DNA from: Glycera tridactyla
Lineage: Eukaryota
Assembly: GCA_965644265.1 (NCBI GenBank)
Contig: OZ286466.1
Location: 96,782,001 to 96,846,000 of the forward strand
DNA: 64,000 bases
Reading direction: 5' to 3'
Below, piece after piece: positions 46,320 to 58,690 of this stretch (the first letter of the stretch is position 1; the number at the start of each line of letters is the position of its first letter). The notes beneath the pieces are model-generated. The model was not told the DNA's origin. It saw nothing but the letters and a program-made list of their open reading frames with translations, and searched no databases. Made by a program: the position numbers and the translations under genes.

Positions 46320-49300
46320 GTTTGTTTGTTTGTTTGTTTGAAGTTTAACGACATGCATTAACCCTAGGGTTATGTATGCTGTGTGTTCCTGGTCAAGGAA
46401 AGCTTGTTTGTTTGTTGTGTAGATGTTCTCTCCCCTGCAGACATCACTCTCATGAACCCTGGTTGGTTGGTTGTGGTTTAACGTCACGTCAGCACCATCT
46501 GGGCTATATCGTGACGCCCATGCAATGGGCATGGGTGGGATCTTCCAAGACTCCTCCTTCTGGGTCCCAAACGGAAGGTGAAAATAACCCTGGACACAAG
46601 ATGATGGGGAACCTGAAAGGTTGTCAAATGGAAGTAGCTGACAGTTCAGAGACACCTCTACCTACTCTACAAAAAAGACAGATTGAACGTCACAAGGGCA
46701 CATCTAATTATGTAACTGGCTGGAAGCTAACACTCAAGCTTGATAGCTATGTTTTTTTTGTGCAAAGCACAGTACTTGCCACAAGGAAAAGCATTAGATT
46801 CGGAGAATACTCAATGTCTTCAATTACTAACTGTCAACTTCAAACCAGTTTTACAATCATGGCTTGCCCTATGCTTGCAGTACAATGTCATCACACAACC
46901 TAGTAAACCTAGTCGCAGCCCTAGTACTTGAGAACTGGTGTGCCTGGTACCCGCGTTTTGCATAGTGACAATATCTGCTACAGGCAAACTGTCAGCCACC
47001 TACACCTGAGACCATTTCACTGAAGAGATAAGAGCTTAGAGGGATAGGAAAAAGGTTAAGAAAAAGAAATCTGATGATAGTGCAAGGAGGTAGAAAATAC
47101 CTAAAGATAGTTGATAGAGAATTTTGAAGGTATGTTTTCATTCAACCCCCCGCTCCAAAAGATATTGAGAAGAAGAGAAGGGATGATGCTACACCAGGCC
47201 ACATTATGCCGGATGGCAACACTTCAGTAAAATTCCTGCGCCCATTGGTGGCTGCCATCTATAGAGACCCTGGACTCCCACCCTACCCACTTCCTGGTCA
47301 ATGAAAGCTAGATAGCTAGATGTTCTCCCCCCTGCAGACATCACTCACAAACCCAGGACATAAGATGATGGGTATGTTTGTTTGTTTGAGGTTTAACGGC
47401 ATCTATCAACCCACAGGATTATGTATGCCGTGTGTTCCTGGTCGATGAAAGCTAGATGTTCTCTCCCCTGCAATCATCACCTGAAAGGTTGTCAAGCGGA
47501 AGTAGCTGACAGTTATATATATGAAGAGTGGGTAGAGGTGTGTCTGAGCAGAAGTTGGAGTGATCGGTGGCGCTATTGATAATTTCCTCCTTTCTTCATC
47601 ACAAAAATCCCACCATTGAATTGAAATGCTCATACACTGGATATGGGTGGGGGGGGGGGATCATTTTGTTTTCGTCAGGGACCCAGACAAAAAGTGCAAA
47701 TTTATGAAATTCACATACACCATCAGTGTAATTTCTATTTATGTGCGTGCGTGCACACCCGAGCACGTGTGTTTTTGTTTGTTTGTTTGAGGCTTAACGG
47801 CATGTATCAACCCACAGGATAGGAAAAAATCGGACCTATGTTTTGGCAGAGCGTTAATACCACAACCATCATCTGTACAAGAAGCATCATACAAGCATCA
47901 TCGTTAACACAAAGTATCATAGCAGTTACTAGCATCTTCATCGGGTATTGTTTGGCGTGCCAAATGGTCGAAAAGGGTTTGTTTGTTTGTTTGTTTGTTT
48001 GAGGCTTAACAGCATGTATCAACCCACAGGATTATGTATGTAAGCTAGATGTTCTGTCCCCTGCAGACAAACCCTAAACACCAGATGATGGAGAACCTGA
48101 AAGGTTGTAAGTGGAAGTAGCTGACAGTTTATATATATATATGCAGGTAGAGGTTTGTTTGTTTGTTTGTTTGAGGCTTAACGGCATGTATCAACCCACA
48201 GGATTATGTATGCCGTGTGTTCCTGGTTAATGAAAGCTAGATGGTCTCTCCCCTGCAGACATCACTCTCACAAACCCTGAACACAAGATGATGGGGTACT
48301 CCCTGAAAGGTTGTCAAGTGGAAGTGGCTGATGGTTCAGACACACCCCTACCAACTCTAACTCTACAAAAAAAAGACATATTGAACCTGATGATGGCATA
48401 TCTAACTATGTAACTGGCTGGAAGCTAACACTCAAGCCTGATAGCTATGCTTTTTTTTTGGAAGCTTAACGGCATGTATCAACCCACAGGATTATGTATG
48501 CCGTGTGTTCCTGGTTAATGAAAGCTAGATGGTCTCTCCCCGGCAGACATCACTCTCACAAACCCTGAACACAAGATGATTGGGAACCTGAAAGGTTGTC
48601 AAGTGGAAGTAGCTGATGGTTCAGACACTCCTCTACCAACTCTACAAAACAGACATATTGAACCTGATGATAGCATATCTAACAGAAAACAGCTGACTGC
48701 TGACGAGTCGTCCCTATAAAAAGAAATACCATGTCTCTGCATCACAACACCGGATAAGATCAAAATTCATTACTTTTGTTTCTTTGTTTGAGGTTTAACG
48801 GCATGTAGCAACCCTAGGATTCAGTCTGCCATGTGTTCCTGGTTGTAATGAGAGCTAGATGTTCTGTCCCCTGCAGACAAACCCTAAACACCAGATGATG
48901 GAGAACCTGAAAGGTTGTAAGTGGAAGTAGCTGACAGTTTATATATATATATATATATATGCAGGTAGAGGTTTGTTTGTTTGTTTGTTTGAGTCTTAAC
49001 GGCATGTATCAACCCACAGGATTATGTATGCCGTGTGTTCCTGGTTAATGAGAGCTAGATGGTCTCTCCCCTGCAGACATCACTCTCACAAACCCTGAAC
49101 ACAGGATGATGGGGAACCTGAAAGGTTGTCAAGTGGAAGTAGCTGATGGTTCAGACACACCCCTACCAACTCTAACTCTACAAAAAAGACATATTGAACC
49201 TGATGATGGCATATCTAACTATGTAACTGGCTGGAAGCTAACATTCAAGCCTGATAGCTATGCTTTTTTTTAACGCAAAGTGCAGTACTTGAAACAAGGA

Positions 49301-49796
49301 AATGCATTAGGTTCGGAGAATACTCAAACAATGTCTTCAATTACGAACTGTCAACTTCAAACCAGTTTTACAATCATGGCTTGCCCTAGTAAACCTAGTC
49401 ACAGCGCTAGTAACCCAGAACTGGTGTGCCTGGTACCCGCGTTTTGCATAGTGACAATATCTGCTACAGGCAAACCATCAGCCACCCACACCTGAGACCA
49501 TTTCACTGAAGAGATAAGAAATAGCTTAGAGGGATAGGAAAGAGGTCAAGAAAAAGAAATCTGGTGATAGTGCAATTTTGGTAGAAAATGCCTAAAGATA
49601 GATGATAGAAAATTTTTAAGGTATGTTTTCATTCAACCCCCCCCCCCCCCCCCCCCCATTCCAAGAGATATTGAGAAGAGAAGGGATGATGCTACACCTA
49701 GGCCACATCATCCCTGATGGCAACACTTCAGAGTAAAAGTCCCACGCCCATTGGTGGTTGCCATCTATAGAGACCCTGGACTCCCACCCTACCCAC
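46320..49796 (-). repeat. Head-to-tail stack of ~9 family-B copies and fragments, including full-length 46320-47290 and 48973-49796
   Basis: Repeated gagg(c/t)ttaacggcatg tails; TSD atgcaggtagaggt (48959-48972, 49797-49810). Confidence 0.88.
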
Positions 49797-50619
49797 ATGC
49801 AGGTAGAGGTGTGTTTGAACAGAAGTTGGAGTGATCGATGGCGGTATTGATAATTTCCTCCTTTCTACATTAACGAAATCCCGTCAAGTGAATTGAAATG
49901 TTCATGCACTGGACTTCCGGGAGAGGGGGGAAAATTTTGTTTTCTTCAGGGACCCTGACAAAAAGGGAAAATTTATGAAAATCACATACACCATCAGTGT
50001 AATTTCTATTCATGTGCGTGCGTGCGTGCATGCTCTCGTTTAACGTCACACCAGCGACACTTGTATGAGAGTGGATTCGACATTCCTGGGAACTCTGACA
50101 AAATGACGTCCACAGAGAAATACTATATAACTCATTTATTGACACACAGTGATCAACATACTACTATTACGTGGCCAAGGAATAGCTAGGAGGTATTTGG
50201 TAGCATAAGTTCCCCCCTAAGGTTCTGAGTTCTCCTGCAGAAATCCTTGCTTATATTATCAATCTTGCTACCTTCAGCCCCTCCTCCTAGGCTACGCTCG
50301 TTGAACCCCAATCCATACTGCCCCTCTCTTGATTGGCTCTTTGCTCTCGCTTATCTTGAGCTGCTTTCACCGGTTTACTCGATCCCTTCGTGTGTCGGTT
50401 GTAACCATTGCTTACCCATATGCAGTATAGTGACCTCTCACTCCCGATGTTCAATATTCCCGATTTCCCGACATGACACTATGTGCTATGCTGTGACGTC
50501 CATGCAATCTTGTGTCGCTATTGTGACGTCATGCGTCTGACAGAATGACATCATCTTTATTCATACTGGCGGCAAAGATGTAGCGGTGTTCAAAGTACAA
50601 ATATACACACAATATATCG

Positions 50620-52300
50620 CATATACAGCATAACTCAGTGGAGCATCATATCTAGAAATACTTGCTTTCTCAAGAATTGACGTCTTCTGGGGCTTACTGA
50701 AGTTCTGACCTCAATGCCTCCGACAGCCACATCGGAGGCATCCGTGAATAAACGCAATTATCCATTTTTTTCTATCTATTAGCTTTTATTCGCCAACAAC
50801 ATTTAGATACAAGGTCAGTATTCATTTCCAGTTAAAAGAAAGAACATATCTACAAATAATAAAATACGATAGGATGTTAATGAGGCGGAGTATTTACAAA
50901 TTGGATGAGATGAAGATGAGGCGAGTGATAATGAGATATGAGATGATATGATCATTACATTATAAATGACAATCCGATTCAAAAACATGGTAACTCCATT
51001 GTAACCTTCGAGGAACTTCAATCATAACTTGAGGTGTATCTCGACATTTTGGTGTTACACAAATCCTATGATATGGCTTGCTGAATTTCATCTTGAAAGA
51101 CATGTGCTGGAATTAATACCGCACAAGCCCACTGTAATCTACCCACCAACTACTGCATCTGTTACGAAGTATGCCGATTCATCAAGTCGGATTTCTCGAT
51201 GGCCTCCCTGTAATCTGCCACTCTTTCATCGAGGATTGAGCATGGCATATTCACAAAAGCCACGACAAAGTCCAGAAAATAATAGCAATGACAGACGTAG
51301 CTGTCTTTCCCTGACCTGATCACAGTGGACAGTGTTCATAATATCATACTTGTTTACTGAAATTCGGTAATCCGCACTGGAGAAGCATTCAAAGAGTGCA
51401 CAAGAGCTAGAACAGCCCATTTCCAAACATTTGTCGAAGTAATATTCACCATCGAATTTTGAACCGGAAGATGATACTCAGTCGGTGATACTGGAATAAG
51501 CCTAAAGGCAGATTTTATATCAGACTTAGCCAAGAAGCTGTTCTTCCCCAATTGTCGACTGATGAGAGACGTGAGGTTTCTTCATGATTATGCCATTGTT
51601 CATCGAGGTATGATCGTAAGGGAACAAATGATCGTGTATTAGCCTCTACTTGTTCAACTCATTGATTGATTGAGTAGGGCTTACTCACTCTTAGGACAAA
51701 GATATAATAGTAAACTGTGGAAGGAGACCCAGTATAGGTATGTCTGTGAAAGTGGAAGCAGCTCAATCAGAATCAGGATCCCTCATAATATCTAGATTAT
51801 CCAAATCAGATTTTGAATTGCTGCCAGGTGGCAGATGATCAACACCATCCCAACCCATGCTAAAACCATTTTTGAAACCCGACATGAAAAATGTGACATT
51901 CTTCTTAGCCCTCAAGATGATGTGTCTGTCCATCGACAATGACGGGAGTGGGCAAACCAATAATGCTAATGTACAGAATTGCTCGCAAGGCAGTACATCC
52001 TACTGATTTTCATGCCCACCACCAGATTATTGAAATTTTCTTGGCAATTTCGTTAACAGAATCATTAAACAGAGGACCCCACTGAGGTTACCATTATAAT
52101 CCAAAACCTGCTAAATAGGTTGCTGATGTGGCGCAGATTGGGGATGAGCAGGTGGGTCTGGAAGAAGCTGAAGCCCCAATGAGTGTGCCTGATGAACAGC
52201 CCTCTTGCTCATTGGACAGTCGTGCCAGAAGGTACGTTCAAGGTCGTTCACACATCTCCTACCTGGGAAATGAAAATCAAAGCAAAATCCTTTGGTGATA
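50620..52300 (-). mobile_element. Minus-strand DIRS/Ngaro relic (gag knuckle, RT, RNase H)
   Basis: HDCPMSKRAVHQAHS; FFMSGFKNGFSMGWDG; LAKSDIKSAFRLIP; MEMGCSSSCALFE; FLEGYNGVTMF. Confidence 0.85.
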
Positions 52301-52390
52301 AGCGGCATGCATCATATGGTGTACAAGTGGGGAAAAGTCTATTTTGTGTTATTGCTCTAACCGTATACTGTGGGAAAGAGCTGCAGGCGA

Positions 52391-52450
52391 TTGATTGATT
52401 GATTGATTTTGGTTTAACGTCCTTTCAACACCAAATGGGTCATCTCGGAC
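52391..52450 (-). mobile_element. Minimal 60-bp A2-type tail insertion with (AATC)n tail
   Basis: TSD gctgcaggcga (52380-52390, 52451-52461). Confidence 0.92.
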
Positions 52451-52559
52451 GCTGCAGGCGACGATCGACTGTCGACACGTGTTCAACGAAAGGCTGAATA
52501 TTTCCACCGTATTTCTCCAGACACTGCAACAGAGTGAGTAACATTTTATCCGACTTGTG

Positions 52560-53060
52560 ACAACTCTTCTCAATATATTTCGTTTCGAACAAAATGAAAA
52601 TGAATAGTTTAAGCTTGCCTTGAGTACAAAACTATGTGAGCTTATTACCAGGCATATTTTGTTGCAATTTTCCCCATATTCATTTTTGTCTTCCTGCGTT
52701 TCCTGTGGCACCCATTCCGCCACTGGAAACTCATCTGAATCTGCTCTGCACAACACTATTCGAGTATGCTTCGAACCTAACGTTTTTCCTTGTTCCAGGT
52801 ACTGCACTTTACCATCAAGCATGAGTTTCAGCTTCCATGCAGCTACATAGTTACATATATGACATCATTAGGTTCAATATGTTCACGGTAGAGAGGTGAA
52901 AGTGTATTTGGACTGTCAGCTACTTCCACTTGAAAACCTATCAGGTTCTCCATCATCTTGTGTTCAGGGTATGTGAGAGTGATGTCTGCAGGGGATAGAA
53001 CATCTAGCTTTCATTGATCAGTTACACATGTAGCATTCACAATCCTCTGGGTCGAACAAA
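52560..53060 (+). mobile_element. Old, diverged family-B relative in plus orientation
   Basis: ccatcatcttgtgttcagggtatgtgagagtgatgtctgcagggg and gaacctaacgtttttccttgttccaggtactgc align with the B sense strand. Confidence 0.7.
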
Positions 53061-54129
53061 AACTCACGAACACCAAAGCAGCGTTCTAGAAGTTACCTAC
53101 TTTTTTAAGTGGGCTACATCAAAGTTCTGCTCTGCTGTAGCACTTGCCTGGAGGCCCGGTGTCACTAACCAGGGCACGCAGGTGTGGCCACTGTCTCCGA
53201 GGGGCAGAAGCCCTGAATACTTCCAATTTGCAGAATCTCGCTCCATTGATGAATTCACCCAAATGGGTGTATCATGAGTAATTCCTGACCAGCTTGCTTC
53301 CCCATCTCTGAAACACATTGATCCTGAATACAGTCAATTCCATTTATTTTATGACTGCTCCATATGCTGGATAAACATTTAGTGAATTTCGATGCAGTCT
53401 TTGTGTGAAAAACTGGAGTCGATGTGTTTAAATTCATGATGATTTGACAGCTGGCAATCTCCCAAATATATACCTGTCTACATCGACCAGTGACTCTTGT
53501 AGGCAATGATAGAATCACCCTTTTCAGCATGTCTGCACGAAGATATTCATGATAATAAGGAGTCACAGGAAAAGCGAATTTCACTGTATAACCGTGGCAT
53601 TGCAGGCATATCCTCACTCAGTGCTGTGAGCTAAATGGCACATGAAGTCGTAAAAGGGCATATTAAGCCATTTTTCTTGTGCCCAGGAGGCACATGTAAT
53701 TTGCCATACTTTGATATGATTATATGGTTTCGGTAATGGCTTTCAATGAGTGCCAGCATTTATTCATCGTCAATTCAATAGATGATCTATATTCATAACT
53801 TTCATCTGGTGGTATCGATCAAGACATGTATTTGGATGATATCTCAAACTCTTGTCAGAGGCGGTACTGTAGTCTTCTAAGGGGATAACACTAAACCCAA
53901 AATATGATATGAAACTTTCTGAAAATGTTTCAAATTCTCTTCGCACTCATCAATAGTCTTTTCAACGGAATGATAATCATCCACATGAAGAATCACATTC
54001 TTTACATCAAATTACAGATGAAAATCGCTCAAAAAGAGCACATGAACTGGAGCATCCTATTTCCATACATGTATTAAAATGATAATTAGTATCCAACTTG
54101 AATCCATAAGGTCGATATTGACTGGGTTT

Positions 54130-56030
54130 TATTGGCAGGAGTCTGGATGCTGGCTTGATATCCGATTTTGCAAGGTAACACATTCAACACAATGTGTTAC
54201 TAAAGAAATGGTACATTGCACTGGTTGATATCTTACCTCTGAGTACTCCTGGAGTATCCCATTATTCATAGAAGAATCATCATACGGGTACGACAGGTCA
54301 TGGATCAGCCTGTAATCACCCACCTGCTTCATCGGTCTTAAAAATAATGGAGAAATAAAAAAAATCCTTAAAGGTGGTCATGAGAAGGGACATCCCAACC
54401 GAAGAACATCAAGACCTTTTTGAAACAATCCCCAGACAACTTCTGCGTTTTCAACGATTGAGGGGGCATCAGACTTGGGAGTATTATGATATCTACTGTG
54501 ACCGTCCCCATCCCACATCACAGGAATGTGATTGGCTCACCACCAAAAACACTGACCAGGAGCACTTATACCAAAAGTTTGTTCATGATCAAGAATCTGA
54601 AACCCAAACAACTAGTGACTCAGACTGAAGGCTACTAGAACTCCATACAAACACTGTGCTCTATTTCCACCAATACTGATCCGATTGTCATGCTCTAAAA
54701 GCCAAAATAATCAGCAGAGAATGTTCTTCGCTGTCATGTGCATGGTCTGCTGTTTCGCAAAAATACGGAAATCCGCGGGTGCGCGGAACAATCACATCCC
54801 TGACATCAAAATGATTCTTAAATCCATTGACTAGAAATGCCTTATTCTCGTAGCCCTCTTGATAAAGTCTGTCAACTCAAATCGTGGCGGGTATGTTTTT
54901 CGCCCTAGCATCGCCAAATCGCATCCGATTGAAACGAAACTTGCAGACATCTCGGACAATTAGAATATATGATCTCGGCGAAGTCCCCTTGTAATATTTC
55001 ACCTTAGAGTGATAAATATGTCGATTTCACGCTGGTTTCATGGCAAGTGCGGCGGCCGTATCTGCACTGTTTCACATACAAATGATCTCCGATAATGTTG
55101 GCGAATTTGCCGAAAAAATGCGATGAAATGGTGACGTATCTTCTTCAAAAGCATGCAAAATAAACAAAACCAGGCCTCTCACTACTAACGATCTGCTTGG
55201 GCGAATCCGTCCGCTTCTAGGAGCAAGGCATCCGTACATTACCCTGGTTGACATCTTACCTTCGAGTACTCCGAGTTTTCCACTATTCATAGAAGAATCA
55301 TCATAGGGATAAGACAGGTCATGGATCAGCCCACCTCCTTCTTCGGTGTGAAAAATAATGAAGAAATGATGAAATTCTTAAAGGTGGTCATGAGAAGGGA
55401 CATCCCAACTGAAGAACATCAAGACTTTTTTGAAACAATCCCCACACAACTTCTGCGTTTCCCACAATTGAGGGGCATCAGACATGGGAGTATCATGATA
55501 TACACTGTGACCGTCCCCATCCCACATCAAAGCCAAGGGATGTGATTGGCTCACAACCAAAAAGACTGAAAATGCAATGAAATGGTGGCGCAATGCCAAG
55601 CCACCTCTTTAGAAGAGGGAGGCGCCTGAACATACCAGGAGGGTAAGCACACACAATGTAGTGGACACACACACAGACACACACACACAGACACATTCTT
55701 CAAAAACATACAAAATAACCAAAACCAGGGCATCTTACTACTAACGATCCGTTTGGTCGAATCCGTCCGTTTCTGCATTGGTTGACATCTTACCTTCGAG
55801 TACTCCATGAGTATTCCACTATTGATAGAAGTATCGTCATATGGATAAGACAGGTCATGGATCATCCTGTACTTATCCACCTTCTTCTTCGGTCTGAAAA
55901 ATAATGGAGAAATGATAAAATCTTCAAAAGGTGGTGAAGGAAAAGGACCTTCCAACCGAACAGCACCAATTCCATTTTGAAACAAACCCCCACACAACTT
56001 CTACGTTTTCAACAATTAAGGGGGCATCAA
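54130..56030 (-). repeat. Three diverged pieces of a DIRS RT N-terminus
   Basis: YRLIHDLSYPYDDSS/TSIN at ~54300, ~55320 and ~55850. Confidence 0.8.
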
Positions 56031-56035
56031 TAACC

Positions 56036-56748
56036 CTGGTTCATACAGAAATTCTGAGAAAAAATTCAAGCACTTTTCAAGGACTTATCAAGGAAAAATG
56101 ATTTTTCATGCATCAATCTGCTCAAAACCATCATTAGTTATGATTATCACCACTATGCACTAGTTGGCTCTGAGAAAATTCATTAGCTACATTGAACTAC
56201 ACCAATGTTTACCATCTAATAGGAGATGTGATGGATTGCAAATCTCAACGACCTCTTGTTTTCATATATATATATATACAGGGATTTCCTTGCACGGGAA
56301 TATGTATGGGTCTTTCGGGCACATTGATGCAGATTTCATGTGCCATTCCAGATTTGTGTGTGCCACAAACCATGTAATCATATCAAAGTATGGAAAATTC
56401 AATGTGCCTTCTGGGCACAAGGTATATGGTTTGATGTGCCCTTTCACAAGTTTATGTGCCATTTACCACAGGGCACAGTGTGAAATTATCCCTGTGTATA
56501 TATATATATACGCATGATTCTAGCCTTCAATATTGCAAAGTGAGATCCAACTGCTTGCGAGTCATTTTTCTGTCAACGTATGACAAATCTGGTATTTTCT
56601 GGCCATATTTGTTGAAATTCAAGCACTCTATACAGAAATCAAGCACTTTTCCATGATTTTTCACATTTTTCAATACAGCAATCAAATTCGAGCACTTTCA
56701 AGGACTCAAAATGATTTTCAAGCACTTTGTAAGACTGTGCGAACCATG
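56036..56748. mobile_element. Non-autonomous DNA element with a nested TA-flanked element (~56280-56500)
   Basis: Imperfect TIR ctggttcatacag / ctgtgcgaaccatg; internal ttcaagcacttt repeats; inner cagggat..atccctg between (TA)n runs. Confidence 0.55.
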
Positions 56749-56961
56749 TATACAGTTATACACCGTCCAAACCCACATCGAGACCATCCTTAATGCCACT
56801 GACTTGAAATGCCTTATTCTTGTAGTCCTCTTGATAGTACTCGAGCTTCTGTGTAATGTAGGCGTCGGCAGGTTATTTATGACAGTGACTTGACATGATC
56901 AAAGTAAATATACACAAGAAAACACACGTTATGACAGATAATATACTTCTGCGTCAATATA

Positions 56962-57138
56962 CAATCGAACCTGTCTATAAAGACCGTCTTTGGGTGCGTA
57001 AAAAGTTGCCTTCATAGGCTGGTGGTCTTTATAGAGAAGTCATTTACTGTTGAAAATACTACCACGGTCGCAGCTCAGGGTAGCTTTTATAGAGAGGTGG
57101 TCTTTATCAGGAGGTGGTCTTTGGAGCAGGTTCGACTG
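56962..57138. mobile_element. Tc1/mariner-pogo-type MITE
   Basis: TIR caatcgaacctg / caggttcgactg with TA flanks. Confidence 0.75.
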
Positions 57139-57675
57139 TATGCTAGATAATCACTCTCCATCATTTCTCTCCTCATCAAGCGTCACAGGCTGGGACTCGA
57201 ATAGTGTGTGTTTAAAAAAGAGACATGATAAATAAAATGTTGTGTCGCATGAAAGGGGTTGTGATAACATTTTCTTTTCCAGACAAATTTCGAAGTCTTC
57301 CAACATTTCTTCATTTGTATACATCGGGCAGGAGGCAGAAATGAACAGCATAGTCGCCGGCAATATCCCCGACTTCGACACAGGCCGCGTTCGGGCGGGG
57401 TCAATCGAAAAGAGCGGCGCCGTTTGCGTCATGAACGTCACGTCGGTCCCACTCTATGTGTTGACGCGCGTGTCAGTTTAAAATGCCTTACCTTTCAAAG
57501 AATGTCGCATAATATCATCATGACGTCGAGGCGGAATTCTGTATAACATCCTCACGAACTCGTAGGTATGCAATTCATACAGATTAGATGATTATTTTTC
57601 ACGCAATGGCCAGTAATTTGCTAGCAGTGTGAGCAGGTGAGACACAACTGTCTTCCCGGCGTGATTTCAGCTTTG

Positions 57676-57749
57676 CACGTGGTGCGCGCGTTCCCGCCGG
57701 ACCCGCACGTGGCATGATGACGTCATTCGCGCGCCATCCCATCCACGTG
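57676..57749. promoter_or_regulatory. Candidate motif cluster: three CACGTG E-boxes and one TGACGTCA (CRE) in a CpG-rich patch
   Basis: CACGTG at 57676, 57706 and 57744; TGACGTCA at 57718. Confidence 0.3.
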
Positions 57750-57935
57750 TGACATTGATCTTCTTATTGAGTTGCGCTTAACATCATGCCTGACGTTCAC
57801 AAGTAAGTCGACCCTGTTTTTTTGCGGTTGGCCATTCAATGGCATTGGCATTGGGTGGAAGATTCTACAAGAACCAAACAATAAATGCTTGAGTAATCCT
57901 GTACCACATGCACATATCATCGGGTTTCATTTGGA

Positions 57936-58311
57936 NNNNNNNNNNNNNNNNNNNNNNNNNNNNNNNNNNNNNNNNNNNNNNNNNNNNNNNNNNNNNNNNN
58001 NNNNNNNNNNNNNNNNNNNNNNNNNNNNNNNNNNNNNNNNNNNNNNNNNNNNNNNNNNNNNNNNNNNNNNNNNNNNNNNNNNNNNNNNNNNNNNNNNNNN
58101 NNNNNNNNNNNNNNNNNNNNNNNNNNNNNNNNNNNNNNNNNNNNNNNNNNNNNNNNNNNNNNNNNNNNNNNNNNNNNNNNNNNNNNNNNNNNNNNNNNNN
58201 NNNNNNNNNNNNNNNNNNNNNNNNNNNNNNNNNNNNNNNNNNNNNNNNNNNNNNNNNNNNNNNNNNNNNNNNNNNNNNNNNNNNNNNNNNNNNNNNNNNN
58301 NNNNNNNNNNN
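57936..58311. other. Assembly gap (N run)
   Basis: Run of N. Confidence 1.
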
Positions 58312-58419
58312 CTCGCTCTCTTTGCCTGCTGGTTTGTCTCAGTCATTGTTCATAGTTCATAGTCATAGTCAGTGAGCCAGCCCTCCAGCCAGTCAGTTAG
58401 GCGACCAGCCAACCAGTTG

Positions 58420-58690
58420 ATTGATTGATTGATTGTTTGAGGTTTAACGGCATGTATCAACCCACAGGATTATTTATGCCGTGTGTTCCTGGTTAATGAA
58501 AGCTAGATGTTCTCTCCCCTGCAGACATCACTCTCACAAACCCTGAACACAAGATGATGGGGAACCTGAAAGGTTGTCAAGTGGAAGTAGCTGACAGTTC
58601 AAACACACCTCTACCTAATCTAAACATATACAAATAAACCTAGGATGGCATATCTAACTATATAGCTGGCTGGAAGCTAACACCCAAGTT
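58420..58690 (-). mobile_element. 5'-truncated family-B copy with a mixed (GATT)/(GTTT) tail
   Basis: gattgattgattgtttgaggtttaacggcatg... Confidence 0.85.

Noticed and set aside
1345-50050. Recurring GTTTAACGTC motif as a CRISPR-like or regularly spaced repeat array
   Set aside because: Spacing is irregular, each motif is the end of a retroposon with a microsatellite tail and often a TSD, and the context is eukaryotic.
57772-58375. ORFs spanning the N run
   Set aside because: Artefacts of the assembly gap.
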